Assembly: GCA_963674705.1 (NCBI GenBank)
Contig: OY771506.1
Coordinates: 1,984,001 to 2,048,000, forward strand
Reading direction: 5' to 3'
Origin: Phycisphaeraceae bacterium
GTDB taxonomy: Bacteria; Planctomycetota; Phycisphaerae; Phycisphaerales; Phycisphaeraceae
Length of the DNA: 64,000 bases
This document shows, one piece after another, positions 58,991-64,000 of the stretch. Every line of letters begins with the position of its first letter. Positions within the stretch are counted from its first letter, which is position 1. The notes beneath the pieces are model-generated. The model saw nothing but the letters and a program-made list of their open reading frames with translations, searched no databases and had not been told where the DNA came from. A program made the position numbers and the translations under genes.

Positions 58991-61609
58991 ATGTCAATTA
59001 AACCAATTATTTTAGCTGACAACTGGTCGTTATCTCTCAAGCATGCTCCCGAGGGGGCGGAAGTCCCCAAGACTATTCGCGGTGTAAAGATACCCGCCAA
59101 GGCGCCCGGTAGTGTGTATACCGACCTGCTGGTGGCGGGCTTGATCGAGGACCCTTATGTTGGGCTAAACGAGTTAGAGACACATTGGATCGGCAAATGC
59201 GACTGGGTCTACGAGACGGAGTTTCACGTCGAGGCGAGTGTTCTGGGGGAAGCGCGCGTCGAAGCCGTATTCGATGGGCTTGATACCATCGCTGATGTCT
59301 CGATCAACGGGCAGAAGATCGGCTTGGCAGAGAATATGCATCTTCGATATCGATTCGATGCAAAGCCTTACCTGCGCGAGGGCGCGAATCAGCTTACCGT
59401 TCACTTCTATTCTTGCATGGTGCACGCGTATCAGGTTGAGCAGGAGGTGGGGGAGCGTCCTATTGGCGGCATAGGCACGAATGAGCCCCTGCCTTACAAC
59501 ATGATCCGCAAGATGGCGTGTAACTTCGGCTGGGATTGGGGGCCACGATTGTTGACGTGTGGTATCTGGCGGCCCGCGCGGATCGAGGCGTGGTCCACCG
59601 CACGGGTACAAGATGTCAGGCCGTTGGTGACGAAGGCGGATGAGAATGACGCAGTCGTTAAGGTCCATGTGGATTGCGATCGTGCGGAATCGCATGATAA
59701 GCAAGCTTATCACGTACAGGTGGTATGCACGCTGTATGATCCTGATAACAGAGAAGTGGCGAGACGCGACGCGGCTCTTCATGCTGATACCGAAATGATG
59801 GAGCTTCATGTCGACAAACCGCGATTGTGGTGGCCGATCGGTTATGGGGATCAGCCTTTGTATCGGCTGCATGTTGAGGTTAAAGACCCCGCCGGGCAGG
59901 CAATTGATTGCGTGGATAAGCGGATCGGCTTGCGCACGGTCGAATTAAACATTGAGCCTGATGCACAGCCATATGACAAGATGGGGGGCTTGATCCAAGG
60001 CGAAGCATTCGAGATTAAAGTCAATGGCCAGCGCGTCTATTGCAAGGGCGCGAATTGGATCCCCGATGACTGCTTCCCGCACCGGGTTACAACAGACCGC
60101 TATCGTCGGCGTTTAGACCAAGCGATCGAAGCGAATATGAACATGGTCCGCGTCTGGGGCGGCGGCACATATGAAGACGACATCTTCTATGATTACTGCG
60201 ATGAGAAGGGCCTGCTTGTGTGGCAGGACTTCTGCATGGCGTGCGCATGTTACCCAGAGGAGCAGCCTCTCTGGTCCTTGATCGAAGCGGAAGCGTATGA
60301 CAATGTTGCACGGCTGTGTTCACACCCCTCGCTCGTTATCTGGGTGGGATCAAACGAATGTATCTGGGGCACGTTCGCCTGGTCCGCGTTTGGCGATATC
60401 CGTACTGAAGGGAAACTCACCTGGGGCGAAAAGTATTACCTGGAGCTGTTCCCGAAGGTCTTGAAGGATCTTGATCCGAGTCGCCCCTATTGGGCAAGCA
60501 GCCCTTACTCGGGGTCGATGGATCGACATCCCAACGATAATGAGTACGGGAATCGACACATCTGGGACGTTTGGGGTTCTGAAGGTTGTAGTTATTACAA
60601 CTACCTCAGCCACTACCCACGTTTCCTTTCGGAGTTTGGTTTCCAGGGGCCCCCGACCTGGCCCACGCTCAGCCGCGCCATCCCCGAGCAAGAGCGCCAA
60701 TGGTTCTCTGAAACGTCGCTGCATCACAACAAACACAAGTCCGGCCAAGAGCGGGGCCTTAACCTGTTGCGAGATTCATTCGTCGTGCCTGAATCATTTG
60801 ACGATCAGGTATTCCTGGCATCGATCAACCAGGCCAGGGCTATCACGCTTGGTTCTGAGTGGTACAGGGCGTTATCGCCATGGTGCAGTGGCGTACTGTT
60901 CTGGCAGCTCAATGACTGCTGGCCCGTAAGCAGCTGGTCGGCGATCGACGGTGATGGAAGGCCCAAGCTGCTGTGGTACGGCGTTCAAAAATCCTTCCGC
61001 CCTCGGCTGATGACTATCAAACCCGCGGCGGTCACGCCCAGTGGCGAGGATGTCGGGCAACTGGCGGTCTACCTGCACAACGATCATCACGAGCCGTGGG
61101 TCGACACGTTGACGATCTGCAAGATGAATCTGCAAGGGCAAACACTCGATACGCTGTCCCGGCCAATCGAGGTTGAGCCGCGTGATAATCAACGCATCTG
61201 CCTGCCAGAAGACTGGACGGCCGGCCCGGGCCAGTTCATCCTGGCGGAACTGGATCAGGCTGTCGATGACGATAAGGCCTGGTGGTTTCACAAGCATGAC
61301 TACGAGATCAACTATCCCGAAACCGACTTGAAGTACGTCCTGCGTGATGAAAAAGATGGGGGGCAAACACTCATCGTGACAAGTAATGTTGTCGTGCGCG
61401 ATTTGTGCCTGTTGGCGGATCGGATTTGTGAATCCGCAGAGGTTGATCAGCAAATGGTCAATCTCCTGCCGGGCGACCTGGCGATATTCCGCATCTACTG
61501 CAATAAGCATCTTACGCTTGACGAGTTGACACGAGAAGATGTCTTGCGTTGCATCAACACGGTTGTGAGGTCGCAATCCGATAAGAGCAGCGCCCTTCAA
61601 CATGCATAA
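58991..61609 (+). CDS. GH2 beta-mannosidase-like enzyme
   Basis: FDGLDT, RK..FGWDWGP, KGANWIP, NMVRVWGGG, WQDF, WVGSNE, FLSEFGFQ, WQLNDCWP. Confidence 0.93.
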   Translation: MSIKPIILADNWSLSLKHAPEGAEVPKTIRGVKIPAKAPGSVYTDLLVAGLIEDPYVGLNELETHWIGKCDWVYETEFHVEASVLGEARVEAVFDGLDTIADVSINGQKIGLAENMHLRYRFDAKPYLREGANQLTVHFYSCMVHAYQVEQEVGERPIGGIGTNEPLPYNMIRKMACNFGWDWGPRLLTCGIWRPARIEAWSTARVQDVRPLVTKADENDAVVKVHVDCDRAESHDKQAYHVQVVCTLYDPDNREVARRDAALHADTEMMELHVDKPRLWWPIGYGDQPLYRLHVEVKDPAGQAIDCVDKRIGLRTVELNIEPDAQPYDKMGGLIQGEAFEIKVNGQRVYCKGANWIPDDCFPHRVTTDRYRRRLDQAIEANMNMVRVWGGGTYEDDIFYDYCDEKGLLVWQDFCMACACYPEEQPLWSLIEAEAYDNVARLCSHPSLVIWVGSNECIWGTFAWSAFGDIRTEGKLTWGEKYYLELFPKVLKDLDPSRPYWASSPYSGSMDRHPNDNEYGNRHIWDVWGSEGCSYYNYLSHYPRFLSEFGFQGPPTWPTLSRAIPEQERQWFSETSLHHNKHKSGQERGLNLLRDSFVVPESFDDQVFLASINQARAITLGSEWYRALSPWCSGVLFWQLNDCWPVSSWSAIDGDGRPKLLWYGVQKSFRPRLMTIKPAAVTPSGEDVGQLAVYLHNDHHEPWVDTLTICKMNLQGQTLDTLSRPIEVEPRDNQRICLPEDWTAGPGQFILAELDQAVDDDKAWWFHKHDYEINYPETDLKYVLRDEKDGGQTLIVTSNVVVRDLCLLADRICESAEVDQQMVNLLPGDLAIFRIYCNKHLTLDELTREDVLRCINTVVRSQSDKSSALQHA

Positions 61610-61673
61610 GAAATGGGGCATACACACAAACGCCACGCACACGAGTTGATGGAAGAGTCAATCTTAGTCGACT

Positions 61674-62627
61674 GTGCAATTGATAAGGAGCACTGGATTG
61701 AATGTTGATTCCCGGTTGAGTTTGCACGGCATTTTTCCCCCGATGGTTACACCATTGAATGGGCCTGACAGCCTTGATATGGCGGGCACCGAGCGTTTGA
61801 TAGAGCATATGCTCGCCGGTGGCGTACATGGATTGTTTATCCTTGGCACGACCGGCGAAGGGCCCGGCTTGAGTTACAGGGTCAGGCGTGAATTGATTCA
61901 GCATGTCTGCACGCAGGTTAATGAGCGTGTGTCGGTGCTCGTCGGTGTGACGGACACATCGCATGCCGATCTCAAGCAGATGATTCAAACTGCTGCGGAA
62001 CACGGGGCGGTCGCAGCGGTGGTCGCGCCGCCCTATTATTCCATCCCATCGCAAGAGGAGTTGGTGAGTTACTATCGGCGTGTCGCTGATGAGTCACCTC
62101 TACCGATCGTGCCTTACAACATGCCTTCTTGCACGAAGGTGCATATCGAGTTAGACACGCTCCGCAAGATGATAGGCCACCCGAATATCCTTGCCTACAA
62201 AGACAGCTCGGGACGCATGCTGTACTTCCAGCAGGTCTTGCATCTACTCAAGGAATTCCCGGGCAAGACCGCATTGATGGGGCCGGATGAGTTACTCACT
62301 CAGGCCCTCTTGCTTGGGGGGCACGGCGGGATCTCCGGCGGTGCAAACCTATTTCCCCGGCTGTACGTCGATCTATACGACGCGGCAATGTCAGGCGATT
62401 TGCTTACCCTGCGACGACTGCAGGCCATCGTGATTCAGGTGTCAAGCATGTTGACGGGCGACGGTAGCTATGGATCAATCATCATCAAAAACCTTAAATC
62501 CGGCTTGTCTTGTTTGAATATCTGCGACAACCACCTGACCGAACCTTTCGGGCGTATCGACGACGAAGCATTCGACGCGATGCGTCGTTGTGTGTCTGAA
62601 GTTGAATGCCAGTTGGCCAGTGTCTGA
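61674..62627 (+). CDS. Dihydrodipicolinate synthase / N-acetylneuraminate lyase family aldolase
   Basis: GIFPPMVTP, LGTTGE, PPYY, YNMP, Schiff-base Lys in KDSSG, GGISGGAN. Confidence 0.92.
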   Translation: MQLIRSTGLNVDSRLSLHGIFPPMVTPLNGPDSLDMAGTERLIEHMLAGGVHGLFILGTTGEGPGLSYRVRRELIQHVCTQVNERVSVLVGVTDTSHADLKQMIQTAAEHGAVAAVVAPPYYSIPSQEELVSYYRRVADESPLPIVPYNMPSCTKVHIELDTLRKMIGHPNILAYKDSSGRMLYFQQVLHLLKEFPGKTALMGPDELLTQALLLGGHGGISGGANLFPRLYVDLYDAAMSGDLLTLRRLQAIVIQVSSMLTGDGSYGSIIIKNLKSGLSCLNICDNHLTEPFGRIDDEAFDAMRRCVSEVECQLASV

Positions 62628-62668
62628 CGCGGCCCGTTACATCTAACGAGTTTAAACTTGGGAATGCA

Positions 62669-64000
62669 ATGCCTGAAGCATACGAAATGAACCTGTCATT
62701 TGTCGACATCGTGACGCTGTTTGCTTATCTCGGAGCTATGGCGTTGATGGGTTTGTGGTTTTCACGGAAGAACACGAACACCGAAGAGTACTTTGTGGGC
62801 GGCCGATCTTTCCCCGGCTGGGCGATCGGTCTGAGTATGGTCGGGACGTCGATCAGTTCCGTAACTTTTCTTGCGTTCCCCGGTGATGCATACAAAACAG
62901 CATGGTTGCGATTCCTGCCCAACCTGATGCTGCCTGTCGCGGTGCTGATCGCCGCCTTCGTATTTCTGCCGTTTTTCAGGCGAGGAGGGCTGACCACCGC
63001 ATACGAGTATCTCGAAGAACGGTTCGGGCCCTCGATACGGGTCTATGCATCGTTCGCATTCATCGTCGCGCAACTTTGCCGTGTCAGCATCATCCTCTAC
63101 TTGATCTCACTGGTGGTTCACGAGATGACTGGCCTGGACCCGACGCTCTGCGTCATCATCGGGGGCCTGTTCGTCGGCTTCTATACTATCATTGGCGGTA
63201 TCGATGCTGTTGTGTGGACAGATGTGGTGCAGACGATCGTGCTGGTATCCGGGGGGCTTATCTGCATGGGATACATTGTCAGCCACCTGCCCGGCGGCCT
63301 GGGTCAGATATTCGAAGTCGCTTCCGCGCACAATAAGTTCGCATTGTCGGAGGTGACCGACGGAGTAACTGCCGCTCAGACATGGAACCTGTCGCTATCT
63401 GAGAAGACGTCGACCATGATGCTGGTACTGGGTCTGATGTGGTATATCACGGAGTTCTGCTCGAGCCAGAACGTGGTGCAACGTTACGTGGCGGCGAAGA
63501 GTTCTAAAGAGGCTCGACGGGCCATGTACATCTGCGCCGCCTCCTGCGTCCCGATTTGGGCGTTCTTCATGTTTCTTGGGACCAGCCTGTTCGTTTACTA
63601 CCAGGTGTTCCCTGATGAGCGTGCTACTGAGATGCTTGTCGGTATCCGTAGGGCCGAACAAGTGCTGCCGTATTTTATCATGACGACACTGCCCACCGGG
63701 TTGGCCGGGCTTGTTATCGCAGCGGCGATCGCAGCCGCGATGAGTTCACTCGACTCATCGATCAACGCGATCTCGACGGTTGGGGTGGTGGATATCTACC
63801 GTCGGCATCTAGTCAAGGGGCGGGGAGACAAACACTATCTTAAAGTGGCGTGGGCAATCGCGACCGCAGCGGCACTCTTTATGATCGGCGGCGCGATTTG
63901 GCTTGCAAGCATCGAAACCAAGACACTGCAGGATACCGCAACCGTCATTACCTCTCTTGTCTCCGGCGGGATGCTCGGCATCTTCATGATTGGCTTTTTC
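62669..64000 (+). CDS. Sodium:solute symporter (SSS, SiaT-like), runs off window
   Basis: Not in ORF track; EEYFVGGRSFPGWAIGLS..TSISSVTFLAFPG, TAYEYLEERFG, GGIDAVVWTDVVQ, AAMSSLDSSIN. Confidence 0.95.
   Translation, partial: MPEAYEMNLSFVDIVTLFAYLGAMALMGLWFSRKNTNTEEYFVGGRSFPGWAIGLSMVGTSISSVTFLAFPGDAYKTAWLRFLPNLMLPVAVLIAAFVFLPFFRRGGLTTAYEYLEERFGPSIRVYASFAFIVAQLCRVSIILYLISLVVHEMTGLDPTLCVIIGGLFVGFYTIIGGIDAVVWTDVVQTIVLVSGGLICMGYIVSHLPGGLGQIFEVASAHNKFALSEVTDGVTAAQTWNLSLSEKTSTMMLVLGLMWYITEFCSSQNVVQRYVAAKSSKEARRAMYICAASCVPIWAFFMFLGTSLFVYYQVFPDERATEMLVGIRRAEQVLPYFIMTTLPTGLAGLVIAAAIAAAMSSLDSSINAISTVGVVDIYRRHLVKGRGDKHYLKVAWAIATAAALFMIGGAIWLASIETKTLQDTATVITSLVSGGMLGIFMIGFF

Noticed and set aside
61674..62627. 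Assigning nanA or dapA
   Set aside because: The family is clear, but the specificity motifs fit neither confidently.
62902..63336. ORF-track 144-aa ORF
   Set aside because: It is an alternate frame of the SSS transporter, which the track missed because that gene has no stop inside the window.

Overview
This 64 kb accessory region is most likely from a Phycisphaerae planctomycete, judged from its many PEP-CTERM proteins, prepilin/DUF1559-type proteins and dockerin-like GDxNGDGFVGLDDL modules. From left to right it holds: (1) two inverted copies of a 1270-bp IS3-family element bracketing a porin, a NitT/TauT ABC transporter and a GH43-like PEP-CTERM gene; (2) an orphan PAS histidine kinase; (3) a LacI-associated glycan-utilisation locus (PEP-CTERM pair, prepilin, two GH71/99-like enzymes, sugar ABC, GH130); (4) a giant PEP-CTERM passenger-repeat protein and a DDE transposase; (5) a stress-type island with three DUF2294/MpsC genes and two copies of a conserved leader RNA with overlapping antiterminator/terminator folds, plus a desaturase, CBS protein, orphan GroEL, frameshifted radical SAM gene, RRM protein, TspO and an IS-truncated ppc; (6) a 1.6 kaa LamG/TIM-barrel/FN3 protein between IS remnants; (7) a GntR-associated locus (prepilin, LamG PEP-CTERM pair, three Asp-box propeller enzymes, GH2 beta-mannosidase, DHDPS-family aldolase, partial Na+/solute symporter). 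The best candidate for an undescribed system is the DUF2294-linked attenuator RNA. No tRNA, rRNA or CRISPR array was seen. All family calls come from motifs recognised by eye, not from database searches.
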